The translations under genes were made by a program, and so were the position numbers. Of a stretch of DNA of 64,000 nt, positions 38,140 to 48,252 are shown in pieces; position 1 is the stretch's first letter, and each line of letters starts with the position of its first letter. Source of the DNA: Candidatus Eiseniibacteriota bacterium (lineage in GTDB: Bacteria > Eisenbacteria > RBG-16-71-46); contig CAVSAC010000012.1 of NCBI GenBank assembly GCA_963725865.1, positions 768,001 to 832,000 on the forward strand. The letters are read 5' to 3'. The notes beneath the pieces were generated by a model that was not told where the DNA came from, did no database searches, and saw nothing but the letters and a program-made list of their open reading frames with translations.

Positions 38140-39079
38140 GCCCACGCGCTCCGAGTCCGGGCGCGTTCGCGCCGGCGAGCGACCGGGTCATGCGGACGAG
38201 CGCCGGCGCGCGTCGCGCCTGCTGTGGGCGGCGTGCGAAGCGCTGCTCTCGGCAGGCTCCGACCCGAAGTCGGTCGACCGCGCGCTCGACGCGCTGGTGA
38301 GCGCCTTCGAGTGCGACGGCGCGTCGCTGCACGCGCTCGGTCCGCAGGGCACGCTCGAGCGCTCGAACGCGCGGGGACCGTGGCAGCGCCATCCGGGCGA
38401 CCTGCGCGCGGTGATGTCGGTGCCGCTCGCGCGGGGCGACGAGCGGGTCGGCACGCTGGAGCTGCTCGCACGCGCCGGCCAGCGCTGGACCCCGGCGCAG
38501 CACGCGCTCATGCGCACGGCGGCCGGCGCGCTCGGCGCCGCCCTCGGCACGCGCCTCGAGCTCTCGCGCCTGCGCCAGCAGCCGGGGCGCGACACGGTGA
38601 CCGGGCTGCCCGACGCGCGCGCGTTCCACGTGCGGCTCGGCGAGGAAACCGCGCGGGTGCGCGAGCACGGGGTGCCGCTCGCGGTGCTGGAGGTCGACCT
38701 CGACCATTTCGCCGCGCTCAACTCGCGCTATGGGCGCGCCGCCGGCGACCGCGCGCTGGCCGAGGTGGCGCTGGTGCTCAAGCTCGCGCTGCGCGACGGC
38801 GACTACATCGCGCGGCTGGGCGGAGACGCGTTCGGCATCCTGCTGCCGGAGACCGACGTGCTGGCGGCGCGGCGGGTCGCCGAGCGGCTGCGCCGCACGC
38901 TCGAGGAGCACCGCTTCGCGCGGGTCGGGCGCCTGTCGGTCTCGTCCGGGGTGGTGGCGGCGCCGCGCGACGGCCTCGATCCGCTGGAGCTGATGAATGG
39001 GGTGGACCAGGCGCTGGGACTCGCCAAGAAGGGTGGCCGGCGCCGGGTCGTAACGCGCGACAGCGCGCACGTGCACTGA
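38117..39079 (+). CDS. GAF-like + degenerate GGDEF protein with intact I-site
   Basis: DTVTGLPD, DLDHF, RDGD-x5-GGDAF; GTG start after GGAGGT is inferred. Confidence 0.8.
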   Translation: MPRPARPEPTRSESGRVRAGERPGHADERRRASRLLWAACEALLSAGSDPKSVDRALDALVSAFECDGASLHALGPQGTLERSNARGPWQRHPGDLRAVMSVPLARGDERVGTLELLARAGQRWTPAQHALMRTAAGALGAALGTRLELSRLRQQPGRDTVTGLPDARAFHVRLGEETARVREHGVPLAVLEVDLDHFAALNSRYGRAAGDRALAEVALVLKLALRDGDYIARLGGDAFGILLPETDVLAARRVAERLRRTLEEHRFARVGRLSVSSGVVAAPRDGLDPLELMNGVDQALGLAKKGGRRRVVTRDSAHVH

Positions 39080-39089
39080 CGGGGGACCG

Positions 39090-40829
39090 ATGGAGCCGCT
39101 GACGCCCGACGCCGCCACCGCGCTGAGCACCACGGGGCACGACGCCCCGGTGCGCGTGCTGGTCGTCGACGACGAGGAAACCGTCGCGGACCTGTGCCGC
39201 GAGTTCCTGTCGGCCAAGGGCTACGACCTCACCGTCGCGCTCAGCGGCGAGGAGGCGGTGCGCGTGCTCCCCGCCCTTCGACCGGACGTCATCCTCACCG
39301 ACATCAACCTGCCGGGGCTCTCGGGCCTCGAGGTGATGCGCTACGCCAAGAGCGTGGACCCCGAGGTCGGCGTCATCGTCGTGACCGGATACGCCTCGGC
39401 GAGCACCGCGATCGACGCGCTGCGCCAGGGCGCCTACGACTACGTGCCCAAGCCGTTCGACCTCGACGACCTGGAGCAGATCGTCGACCGCGCGGTCGCC
39501 CACCGCCGGCTGCGGGCGATCAACCGGCAGCTGGTCGAGGAGCTGCGCCAGAAGAACGAGATCCTGCAGCACCACGAGCACGAGCTGCGCGAGCGCGTGC
39601 GGCTCGCGACCTGGCAGATGACCGCGCTGTACGACGTCGGCAAGGCGATCATGACCGACCTCGAGCTGGCGCCGCGCGTCGCGATGGTGTGCGAGAAGGG
39701 CGCGGAGCTCGCGGGCGGTGCCTCCGCCGTGATCTTCCTGCGGGTCGAGGACACCGACGAGTTCCGGGTCGCCGGCGCGTTCGGAACCACCGTGGCGGTG
39801 CGCGACGACGGCACCGCGCCCTCGCTCGAGCCGCGCGGACCCCTGTGGGCGACGGTGACCGGCCAGCTGCCGCAGCGGCACGCCACCGCGGTGGGCGAGC
39901 CGCCGCTCGAGGTGCCCGGCACCGAGAGTGGCCGGGCAGCCTCGCTGTTGAGCGTGCCGCTGCTGGCCGAGGGCAAGGTCATCGGCCTGCTCGTGCTGCT
40001 CGACAAGCCGGGCGGGTTCAGCGAGGACGACGAGAGCTTCATGATGCTGTACGCCTCGCAGGCCGCACTCGCGGTGCTCAACTCGCAGCTGTTCGAGCAC
40101 ACCAAGGTGCTCGACCGCCTCAAGTCCGACTTCGTGGCGGTGGTCTCGCACGAGATCCGCACGCCGCTCACCTCGGTCAAGGGAGCGATCGAGCTGCTCT
40201 CGGACGACCGCTACTTCACGAACTCCGACCAGCAGAACAAGCTGCTCACGATCGCGCACGCGAACGCGGAGCGCCTGCTGGTGCTCATCAACGACATCCT
40301 CGACTTCTCGAAGCTGGAAGCCGCCACGTTGCCGATGAGCATCGAGCGCCAGCGGCTGGAGCCGGTCGTCCAGCAGGCGGCGCACAACCTGCGCACGCTG
40401 ATCGAGGAGCGCCGCATGCACCTCGACCTGGTGATGTCCGAGGACCTGCCGGACCTGATGATGGACGCCAACCGCATCGCCCAGGTACTCACCAACTTGG
40501 TCTCGAACGCGATCAAGTTCTCGCCCGCCGGCGGGCGCATCGAGATCAGCGCGGAGTGCTGGGAGGACGGCGTGCGGGTCGGCGTGCAGGACCACGGCGA
40601 GGGCATCGCGCCGCAGGACCTCGCGAAGCTGTTCCGCAAGTTCTCGCAGATCGACTCCACCGCCACGCGCAAGGCCGGGGGCACCGGCCTCGGCCTGGTG
40701 ATCAGCAAGGGCATCGTGGAGCAGCACGGCGGCCGCATCTGGGTCGAGAGCCTGTCCGGCGTGGGGAGCACGTTCTTCTTCACGCTGCCCGCCGCCGGTC
40801 GCCCCGTCGCGACGTCCGACGCCGCCTGA
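39090..40829 (+). CDS. REC-GAF-histidine kinase
   Basis: VLVVDDE, TDINLPG, KPFD, SHEIRTPL, NLVSNAIKF, DHGEGI, GTGLGL. Confidence 0.92.
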   Translation: MEPLTPDAATALSTTGHDAPVRVLVVDDEETVADLCREFLSAKGYDLTVALSGEEAVRVLPALRPDVILTDINLPGLSGLEVMRYAKSVDPEVGVIVVTGYASASTAIDALRQGAYDYVPKPFDLDDLEQIVDRAVAHRRLRAINRQLVEELRQKNEILQHHEHELRERVRLATWQMTALYDVGKAIMTDLELAPRVAMVCEKGAELAGGASAVIFLRVEDTDEFRVAGAFGTTVAVRDDGTAPSLEPRGPLWATVTGQLPQRHATAVGEPPLEVPGTESGRAASLLSVPLLAEGKVIGLLVLLDKPGGFSEDDESFMMLYASQAALAVLNSQLFEHTKVLDRLKSDFVAVVSHEIRTPLTSVKGAIELLSDDRYFTNSDQQNKLLTIAHANAERLLVLINDILDFSKLEAATLPMSIERQRLEPVVQQAAHNLRTLIEERRMHLDLVMSEDLPDLMMDANRIAQVLTNLVSNAIKFSPAGGRIEISAECWEDGVRVGVQDHGEGIAPQDLAKLFRKFSQIDSTATRKAGGTGLGLVISKGIVEQHGGRIWVESLSGVGSTFFFTLPAAGRPVATSDAA

Positions 40830-40893
40830 GCGCGGCCCCGCGCCGCGCACGCCGAGCCGGGCACCGCCGCGCTCGCCTCTGCGCCGGGAGGCC

Positions 40894-40923
40894 TTGACGG
40901 TCACCCGCGGCTCGCGCTAGTTT
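40894..40923 (+). promoter_or_regulatory. sigma70-like promoter
   Basis: TTGACG-N18-TAGTTT. Confidence 0.45.
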
Positions 40924-40942
40924 GCGGGCGGACGCTTCACGG

Positions 40943-42004
40943 ATGATGCGCATCCCCCGCTTCGCAGGCCCCTTCATGAGCGACATGGAAGCCGCCCCTC
41001 TCGACGCACCTGCCGTCGCCGCCTCGCGACGGCCATCGATCCCCGGCTCGCGCCGCGTGCTCGGCGCCGCCGCGGGCTCCGCGGTCGGCATCGCCGCGCT
41101 CGCCTCCGCCTCCGGTCTGCTGCCCACGCTCGGACCCGAATCCATGGCCGCCTGGGCGGGTGCGGCGTCACTCGGCGCGGCGGCCGGCGCGCTGCTGGCG
41201 GGCCGCACGCGAGCCGCCTCGACGGGCCCGCCACCGGCGGGAAGCGCCGCCGCCGCGGCCGCCGAGGTCCCGGCCGCCTGGTTGCACGTCGTGAGCGGCG
41301 GGACGCGCGGCGCGCTCGAGCACACGCTGGTGGAGCTGGTCGCGCGGTTCCTCGCGCGCGGCGAACGCGTGCTGGTGGTCGACGGCGGCCGGCGCCTCGG
41401 ACTGCACGCGTGGTTCGGCGCCGACGAGCGGCTCGGATTGGTGGAGTGCCTGGAGGGCCCGCTGCCGCTGCTGGGTCTGGTGCAGGTGGGAGGACACCCG
41501 GGCCTGTACGTCCTCGCGCACGGCCGGCCCGCGACCGAGGAGCGCTGGTCCCGACTTGGCCACCTGTTCGAGGAGGCGTGGCCACACTTCGGCCGCGTCG
41601 TTCTGGTGCTGGATCCGGGAGCTCACGAGGCGGTCGGCGATGCGCTGCGGGGCCGGCTGCTGCGAGGCTGGTGGGCGGGAGGCCCGAAGGAGCTGCCGCG
41701 GATCGCGCTCGCGCTCTCGCAGCGTCTCGGTATCTCGTTCGGTCAGTTGGAGCTGGGCGATGGATCTGAGGTGACGCTGGAGACCCTTCGGGAGCGCGTG
41801 GGGCAGCTGCGGGCCGGCTTGCCGGAGGCGGTGACGGAGCCCGCCGCGCTGCCGATCCCGGCGCCGTCCGCGGTCGCACCGGCGCTGCAGAGGGAGGCCG
41901 AGGTGCTGGCCTGCAATCTGCAAGTCCGTGAGCGACTCCGGTTCCTGATCTGGACGCGTCGCGTCCGCGCCGAGAGTCGACGCGAAGCACTCGCGCCCGC
42001 CTAG
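40943..42004 (+). CDS. Membrane protein with degenerate CpsD/CapB (BY-kinase)/MinD-like domain
   Basis: Two hydrophobic segments, then ARGERVLVVDGGRRLGLHAWFG...GLVECLEG...PGLYVLAHG; no Walker A GK[ST]; start uncertain. Confidence 0.55.
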   Translation: MMRIPRFAGPFMSDMEAAPLDAPAVAASRRPSIPGSRRVLGAAAGSAVGIAALASASGLLPTLGPESMAAWAGAASLGAAAGALLAGRTRAASTGPPPAGSAAAAAAEVPAAWLHVVSGGTRGALEHTLVELVARFLARGERVLVVDGGRRLGLHAWFGADERLGLVECLEGPLPLLGLVQVGGHPGLYVLAHGRPATEERWSRLGHLFEEAWPHFGRVVLVLDPGAHEAVGDALRGRLLRGWWAGGPKELPRIALALSQRLGISFGQLELGDGSEVTLETLRERVGQLRAGLPEAVTEPAALPIPAPSAVAPALQREAEVLACNLQVRERLRFLIWTRRVRAESRREALAPA

Positions 42005-42230
42005 CCACCCGAGTTCTCGCGCCGGTCGACGACCGGCGTCCTCCGGTCGCGCCGGGCAGAGCCGGGCACTCCGCGCTCCACCACGACGTCCGCACGTGCC
42101 CTCGCCCGGCAAGCGCGCGAACGGCCGGCCGGTGGGACGAGCGGCGCCGTCACGCGAGCGCGCCTTCCCGCCGGACGTCCATCGCGAGCCCTCGCCGCCG
42201 ATCCCACGGACGGACCCACAGGGGGTCTTC

Positions 42231-43232
42231 GTGTCCCACGTCCGACTGGTGCTCGTCGAGCACCTCGGGGCGCCCGGCGCATCCGACGCCGACGCTCGCA
42301 TCCACGCCTCTCACCTGCAGGACGCCGGCTACGAGGTGCGCACGCTGTTGTGCGATCCGGACCGCGTCGCGCCGCCGCCGACCGTGCGGCCCGCCGACCG
42401 GCTGCCGCGCTTCACGGCGGACGCCGCCGGTCTGCGCGCGCTGCGCGCGGCGGTGCATGACGCGCAACCCACGCAGGTGGTGGTGGCCTCCCACGAGGTC
42501 GCCGGCGGCGCGATCGCGCAGGCGCTGGCGAACGGCACGGCGCTGCGCTGGTGGCCGACCGCGCATGGGGGCCCCGCGATGGCAGCGCCCGCACGCGCGC
42601 TCGATCCGGCGGCCGGCGCGCTCGACTGGGCGACCGGCGATCCCGCTCGCAGCACCCGCGCTCGCCTGCCGCTGTGGGACGGCGAGTACGTGCTCGCCCC
42701 GGTGCCACTCGCAGGACGCGGTGGCGCGCAGTTGATCGAGGCGTTCGCACGCGCCGCCGCGGACGAGGCCGCGCTCGACCTGGTCGTACTGGGCGATCCG
42801 CAGCCCGAGTTCGTCGTGCTCGCGCGCCGGCTGGGGGTCGGGATGCGCGTGCACTTCGCGGGCGTCGCGCCGCGCGACGCGGAGTTCGCGTGGTGGAGTG
42901 CCGCGACAGCCGCGGTGTTCGCGGGCGAGCACCCGTTCGCGGCGGGGCTGGTTTGGCGCGCGCTCGAGTGCGGCTGTCCCATGCTCGTGGCGGGCGACGC
43001 ACCGGTCCCGGCCGCCCTGCGCGCGTGGCTCGACGGGCACGGATGCCTTGCGGGCGCGCGTGCGGGCGGCACGGACGTGCTCGCCGCCGTGCTGGCTCCG
43101 GGCCTGGCGGCCACCACCGCCGGATGCCGGGCGGTGACGCGCGGGCGCGAGCTGGCGCGCGCGCAGCACGTGGGGCTGGCCGGGCGACTGGCGGTCGCGC
43201 TCGGCCGCCGGGGCGCGGCGCGGGCGGCCTGA
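42231..43232 (+). CDS. Divergent GT-B/GT4-like protein
   Basis: LIEAFARA..LDLVVLGD..ARRLGVGMRVHFAG..ALECGCPMLV resembles a GT4 C-terminal domain; start uncertain. Confidence 0.55.
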   Translation: MSHVRLVLVEHLGAPGASDADARIHASHLQDAGYEVRTLLCDPDRVAPPPTVRPADRLPRFTADAAGLRALRAAVHDAQPTQVVVASHEVAGGAIAQALANGTALRWWPTAHGGPAMAAPARALDPAAGALDWATGDPARSTRARLPLWDGEYVLAPVPLAGRGGAQLIEAFARAAADEAALDLVVLGDPQPEFVVLARRLGVGMRVHFAGVAPRDAEFAWWSAATAAVFAGEHPFAAGLVWRALECGCPMLVAGDAPVPAALRAWLDGHGCLAGARAGGTDVLAAVLAPGLAATTAGCRAVTRGRELARAQHVGLAGRLAVALGRRGAARAA

Positions 43233-43333
43233 GGCGCGCGCCGCACGCCGCCTTGCGCGTGGATCGGCTCACGGCTAACGTGCCGCGTCCCGCCGCGGAC
43301 TGCGGCGTTCACCCCTCATCGAAGGAGGACCCC

Positions 43334-44272
43334 GTGCGCATCCTTGTGACCGGCGGCGCCGGCTTCATCGGCTCCAACGTCGCGGATCGCTTCGTCGAAC
43401 TGGGTCACGAGGTCGCGGTGCTCGACGACCTGTCGAGCGGCTTCCGGGAGTTCGTTCCGTCGCGCGCCCGTTTCTACCACGCGAGCGTGACCGACGTGGC
43501 CGCGGTCGACCGCTGCTTCGGGGAGTTCCGACCCGAGCTGGTCGACCACCACGCCGCGCAGATCGACGTGCGCAAGTCGGTCACCGACCCGGTCTTCGAT
43601 GCCAGCGTGAACATCCTCGGCGGACTGCGCCTGCTCGAGGCCTGCACGCGGCACGGCGTGCGCAAGTTCGTCTACGCGTCGACCGGCGGGGCGCTCTATG
43701 GCGAGGGTCGCCAGCTGCCGGCGACCGAGGCGCATCCGATCAACCCCGAGGCGCCGTACGGGGTGAGCAAGCACACGCTCGAGCACTACCTCTACATGTG
43801 GAAGCTGCTGCACGGCCTCGACTACACCGTGCTGCGCTATCCGAACGTGTACGGCCCGCGCCAGAACCCGCACGGCGAGGCGGGCGTGAACGCGATCTTC
43901 ATCGGGCTGATGCTCGAGGGCAAGCGCCCGCGGATCTTCGGCACCGGCGACCAGGTGCGCGACTACCTGTACGTCTCCGACGTGGTCGAGGGCAACGTGA
44001 TCGCGCTCGAGAAGGGCAGCGGCGAGATGGTCAACCTCGGCACCGGCGTCGGAACCTCGGTCAATGACATCGTGCGCGAGCTGAACGCCATCCTCGGCAC
44101 GCGTATCGAGCCGATCCAGGAGGCCGCCCGCCCGGGCGAGATCCAGCGCATCTACCTCGACGCCACGCGCGCCCGGCGGGTGCTGGGCTGGGCGCCCACG
44201 GTGTCCTTCGCCGAGGGACTGCGGCGCACCGTCGAGTGGTCGCGCCACCACCCGCTGCCCACGAAGCACTGA
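43334..44272 (+). CDS. NAD-dependent epimerase (UDP-glucose 4-epimerase-like)
   Basis: VTGGAGFIGS, HAAQIDVRKS, ASTGGA, PYGVSK (YxxxK), NVYGPRQ; AAGGAGG SD; upstream TTGCGC-N17-TAACGT at 43253-43281. Confidence 0.92.
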   Translation: MRILVTGGAGFIGSNVADRFVELGHEVAVLDDLSSGFREFVPSRARFYHASVTDVAAVDRCFGEFRPELVDHHAAQIDVRKSVTDPVFDASVNILGGLRLLEACTRHGVRKFVYASTGGALYGEGRQLPATEAHPINPEAPYGVSKHTLEHYLYMWKLLHGLDYTVLRYPNVYGPRQNPHGEAGVNAIFIGLMLEGKRPRIFGTGDQVRDYLYVSDVVEGNVIALEKGSGEMVNLGTGVGTSVNDIVRELNAILGTRIEPIQEAARPGEIQRIYLDATRARRVLGWAPTVSFAEGLRRTVEWSRHHPLPTKH

Positions 44273-44291
44273 CGGTCCGCGGTCGCGCATC

Positions 44292-44325
44292 CGGTCGGCG
44301 TCCCCGATCGGGACGCCGACCGTTT
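44292..44325 (+). terminator. Hairpin terminator after the epimerase
   Basis: cggtcggcgtccc-cgatc-gggacgccgaccg followed by ttt. Confidence 0.6.
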
Positions 44326-44387
44326 CCGCGTGAAGGCGCGCGGCGCGGGCCCGCGCGCGGAATGCCCGCGCGGGCGCGGCCCGCGGA

Positions 44388-46415
44388 CTACCAGATGCGC
44401 GCCTGCTTCTCCTCGTCGCGCACCATCGGGTCGCCCGGATGGCAGCCGAACGCCTGGCGGAACTCCGGCAGGTTCGACAGCGGCCCGTTCACGCGCCAGT
44501 AGGGCGGTGAGTGCGGATTGGTCTGCACCTGCGTCCGCACGCTGGCGTCGCGCTCGACCTCGCGCCACACCTGGGCGTACGAGAGGAAGAAGCGCTGCTC
44601 CGGCGTGAAGCCGTCGATGAGGGGCCGCGGCCTGCCGGCCAGCGCCTTCTGCAGGGCGCGGTAGGCGACCGCCACGCCGCCGAGGTCGGCGATGTTCTCG
44701 CCCAGCGTCAGCCGGCCGTTCAGATGGAGCGTGTCGAGCACCGTGTAGGAGGCGTACTGCTCCGCCACCTTGTCGGCGCGGCTCTTGTAGTTCGATGCGT
44801 CGCTCGGCGTCCACCAGTCGCGCAGGTTGCCCTGCGCGTCGAACTGGCGCCCGCGGTCGTCGAAGCCGTGCGTCATCTCGTGGCCGATCACCGCGCCGAT
44901 GCCGCCATAGTTCATGGCGTCGTCCCACGACGGGTCGTAGAACGGCGGCTGCAGGATCCCGGCGGGGAAGTTGATGCTGTTGAGCGAGGAACTGTAGAAC
45001 GCGTTCACCGTGGGCGGGGTCATGGTCCACTCCCCGCGCTCGACGGGGCGGCCGATGCGCGTCAGATTGCGCTTCGACTCGTACACCCGGGCTGCCTGGT
45101 GGTTGGCGTAGAGCGACGCGCGCGACAGCGTCACGCCGCGGTAGTCGCGCCAGATGTCGGGGTACCCGATCTTGTTCTCGAACGCCTGCAACTTGCCGAG
45201 TGCCGCCCGGCGGGTCGCCTCGCTCATCCAGTCGAGCGTGGCGATGCGCTCGCCGAGCGCCGCCTCGAGGTTGTGCACCATGCCGAGCGCGCGCTCGCGC
45301 GCGGCCGGGGAGAAGCGCTCCTTCACGTAGGCGCGCCCGAGCAGGTCGCCGAGATCCCCATCGGTCCAGCGCAGGGCGCGCTTCCAGCGCGGCTGCTGGA
45401 CCTGCTGGCCGCTCAGCAGCCGCCCGAACCGGAACGACTCCTCCGCGAACGCCGACGACAGGTAGGGCGACGCGTCGTCGATCACGTTCCAGCGCAGGTA
45501 GGCCTTCCAGTCGGCGAGCGGCGTGGCGCCGAGCTGGGCGTCGAGCGCGCGGAAGAACGCCGGCTGGGTGACGTTGACCGAGTCCACGCGCGGCGCGGCG
45601 CGCTGGGCGAGGTAGGTGGCCCAGTCGAATCCCGGCGCCAGCGCCCGCAGGGAATCGAGCGGCATCTTGTTGTAGGTCGCCCGGGGGTCGCGGCGCTCGA
45701 CGTTGGTCATCGACGCGCGCGCCAGCTCGGTCTCGATCGCCATCACGCTCGCGGCGTCGCGGCGGGCGGCGTCCTCGGGGGCGCCCGCCAGGACCAACGC
45801 GCGCGCCACGTGCGCCTGGTACTCGCTGCGGATCGCGCGCGCGGCGGAGTCGTCGCGGAAGTAGTAGTCGCGGTCCGGCAGGCCGAGGCCGCCCTGGCTC
45901 GCGAACGCGATCATCACGTCGCTGCGTCCGGGGTCCTGGCCGGCCCGCAGCCCGAAGAGCCCGCCGATGCCGCGCTCGTGCATCCAGGCCAGCGGCCCGG
46001 CGATGTCACGCGTCGAGCGCAGCGCCTCGATCGACGCGAGCGCCGCGGCCAGCGGCCGGGCGCCGGCCGCATCGGCCTGCGCCGAGTCCATGGCGGCGAG
46101 CCAGTAGGTGCCGAGCATCGCCGTCTCCGAGCCGGCGCTGGCCCGTGGCGCGCGCGCTGCGGACTCGAGGATCCCCAGCACGCTGAGCCGATTCGCCTCG
46201 GCCAGCTCGTCGAAGCTGCCCCAGCGCGACTGCGATGCCGGGATCGTGGCGTGCGCCGCCCATCCGCCGTTCGCGTAGCGGAAGAAGTCGCGGCACGGCG
46301 AGCAGGTCGTGTCCATGTTCGCCGGGGTCAGCGCCGGACCGCCCGCGTGCGCGGGCGGCGCGAAGATCGGCAGGACGAGGAGCAGCAGCAGGGGGAGCGG
46401 AATCGCGAGACGCAT
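44388..46415 (-). CDS. Secreted M13 metallopeptidase (PepO/neprilysin-like)
   Basis: Signal peptide, PCRDFFRYANGGW, VNAFY, GHEMTHGFD (HExxH), GENIAD. Confidence 0.93.
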   Translation of the reverse strand: MRLAIPLPLLLLLVLPIFAPPAHAGGPALTPANMDTTCSPCRDFFRYANGGWAAHATIPASQSRWGSFDELAEANRLSVLGILESAARAPRASAGSETAMLGTYWLAAMDSAQADAAGARPLAAALASIEALRSTRDIAGPLAWMHERGIGGLFGLRAGQDPGRSDVMIAFASQGGLGLPDRDYYFRDDSAARAIRSEYQAHVARALVLAGAPEDAARRDAASVMAIETELARASMTNVERRDPRATYNKMPLDSLRALAPGFDWATYLAQRAAPRVDSVNVTQPAFFRALDAQLGATPLADWKAYLRWNVIDDASPYLSSAFAEESFRFGRLLSGQQVQQPRWKRALRWTDGDLGDLLGRAYVKERFSPAARERALGMVHNLEAALGERIATLDWMSEATRRAALGKLQAFENKIGYPDIWRDYRGVTLSRASLYANHQAARVYESKRNLTRIGRPVERGEWTMTPPTVNAFYSSSLNSINFPAGILQPPFYDPSWDDAMNYGGIGAVIGHEMTHGFDDRGRQFDAQGNLRDWWTPSDASNYKSRADKVAEQYASYTVLDTLHLNGRLTLGENIADLGGVAVAYRALQKALAGRPRPLIDGFTPEQRFFLSYAQVWREVERDASVRTQVQTNPHSPPYWRVNGPLSNLPEFRQAFGCHPGDPMVRDEEKQARIW

Positions 46416-46431
46416 GGCAGGAGCCTCATGG

Positions 46432-46476
46432 GATGGAGCACGGGGGCGGAGCCGATGGAGCACGGGGGGCGGAGCC
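46432..46476. repeat. Two-copy 22/23-bp tandem repeat
   Basis: gatggagcacgggggcggagcc / gatggagcacggggggcggagcc. Confidence 0.7.
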
Positions 46477-46646
46477 GGCGGGACGATAGGGCCGGCGCGG
46501 GCGGTCTTGGCCGGTTCGGCGACGAGCGCGGCAAGAACGGCCACCGAATGGTCCCGCGCACCGCGCGGCGGGCGCCTGTCGCGATCGGGATCCGGATGGC
46601 GATCCGCGTCCGGGTTCGCTGCGGACTCCTTGCGCGCCCGCGCGTC

Positions 46647-48233
46647 TCAGCGCGTCAGCCGGACCTCGAACGCCGCGTGCGGGGCGTCGCGGGTCGCGCC
46701 GGCGACATGGCCGGCGTCGTCGACCCGGGTCCAGCCGGCGGAGAGTGAGAGGTCGACGCCGCTCGCCGGCCACCAGCGCAGCGCGACATCGAGGTCGCGG
46801 GTGCGCTCCACGACGCCGCCGAAGTCGAGCGTCGAGCCCACCGGCACGCCGCCCCCCGGCACGAACGGCTGATCGAGCGCGCCCTCGCCGTGGTCGGTGC
46901 GCGCGGCGCGCAGCGCGAGCTGCCAGTCGACGCACGGATCCCACGTCACGCGCACGCGCACCCGGCGCGCGTCGGGGCCGGTGAAGTAGCCGAGCGGCTC
47001 GTCGTGCGCCGCGTACGTGCGGCCGAAGTACGACGTGTAGACGTAGCGCGACACGCGCGTGTACTCGCCGTTCCAGCTCACGCGCGAGCTGCCGATCGCG
47101 CCGGCGCCGTCCCAGCCGAGCTGGAACGCGAGCTTGTTGGGAGAGGCGCCGCTCTTCGCGTGCAGGTCGTCGATCAGCACCTCGCCATACAGCCGGGTGC
47201 CGTCGGCCACCCGCCAGGCCACGTCGGCGCCGACCATCACGTTGTTCCGCAGTGCCGCCAGCGAGTCGGGCTCGTCCTGCTGCTCGAGCCGCTGCGCGAA
47301 CACGTAGGGCAGCACGCCCAGCGCGTACAGCGGCTGCCAGCCGCTCGCGTGGTAGCGCGCGGTCTCGGTCGCCCCGATGCGGAGCGCGTCGAGCGGCTGC
47401 CACTCGATGCGATGCGCGGCCAGCTGCTCGCCCGCGCTGGCGGCCAGCGTGGCGTTGAGCGCGGTGGCGCGTACCTGGAACATCGGCAGGTCGAACGACG
47501 TCACCAGCCCGGTGATCGCCGGGCCGGTGGCGGACAGCGCCAGCGAGCCCTCCTCGCCCGGGCCCCAGGCCCAGCGCGAACGCCCGAAGCGCGCGTTCCA
47601 ATGGCCGCCGGTGTACGCGAGGTAGGTGTCCTCGGTGTGGGCGACGAAGTCGCTGTGCGGCACGATCGGATCGGCGAACGCGCGCGCGCCGTCGATCTGG
47701 CCGACCACGGTGTGCGTGTGCAGCAGCCACCCGTCCACCGCCGCGGTCGCGCGCACGTGCACTCCGGACCCGGAGAGCAGGCGCGGCTCGGCATGACGCG
47801 CGATCTCGCCGCCGCCCTCGAGCGCGGTCGAGAGCAGGAACACGTCGTGATCCGCGCCCTCGCGCTCGAACAGGCGCGGGGTGGACCACGAATCCCGCGC
47901 CGGCCCGGCGAGCAGGTCGCGGGCGATCCCGCGCATCAGGCGCCGGGTCGCGATCCGGCGCACCGGGTCGAGCGAGTCCACCCCGCCGTAGGAGGGCGTC
48001 AGCACGTCGACCACCTGCAGCGGCCGGGTGCCGAGCGGCAACGGATGGTGGTCGGCGCGCGCCGATTGGCCGGTGCGCGGGTCGTGCGGGAACAGGTCGA
48101 GCAAGCGCAACTCGGCGTAGAGCGGATCGTCGACCGGGAGGAACTGGCTGCTGAGCCCGAACGCCGGTGCGGCGCCCAGCAGCAGCAGGAGTACGGTGGC
48201 GGAGGCGGCCGGGCGGAGGCGCATGGGCTGCAT
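46647..48233 (-). CDS. Outer-membrane beta-barrel, capsule assembly Wzi-like
   Basis: Signal peptide; FGRSRWAWGPG..GSLALS, AAHRIEW, LYGEVLIDD, LGYFTGPD. Confidence 0.7.
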   Translation of the reverse strand: MQPMRLRPAASATVLLLLLGAAPAFGLSSQFLPVDDPLYAELRLLDLFPHDPRTGQSARADHHPLPLGTRPLQVVDVLTPSYGGVDSLDPVRRIATRRLMRGIARDLLAGPARDSWSTPRLFEREGADHDVFLLSTALEGGGEIARHAEPRLLSGSGVHVRATAAVDGWLLHTHTVVGQIDGARAFADPIVPHSDFVAHTEDTYLAYTGGHWNARFGRSRWAWGPGEEGSLALSATGPAITGLVTSFDLPMFQVRATALNATLAASAGEQLAAHRIEWQPLDALRIGATETARYHASGWQPLYALGVLPYVFAQRLEQQDEPDSLAALRNNVMVGADVAWRVADGTRLYGEVLIDDLHAKSGASPNKLAFQLGWDGAGAIGSSRVSWNGEYTRVSRYVYTSYFGRTYAAHDEPLGYFTGPDARRVRVRVTWDPCVDWQLALRAARTDHGEGALDQPFVPGGGVPVGSTLDFGGVVERTRDLDVALRWWPASGVDLSLSAGWTRVDDAGHVAGATRDAPHAAFEVRLTR

Positions 48234-48252
48234 GCTAACAGCGCCGCGCGCG

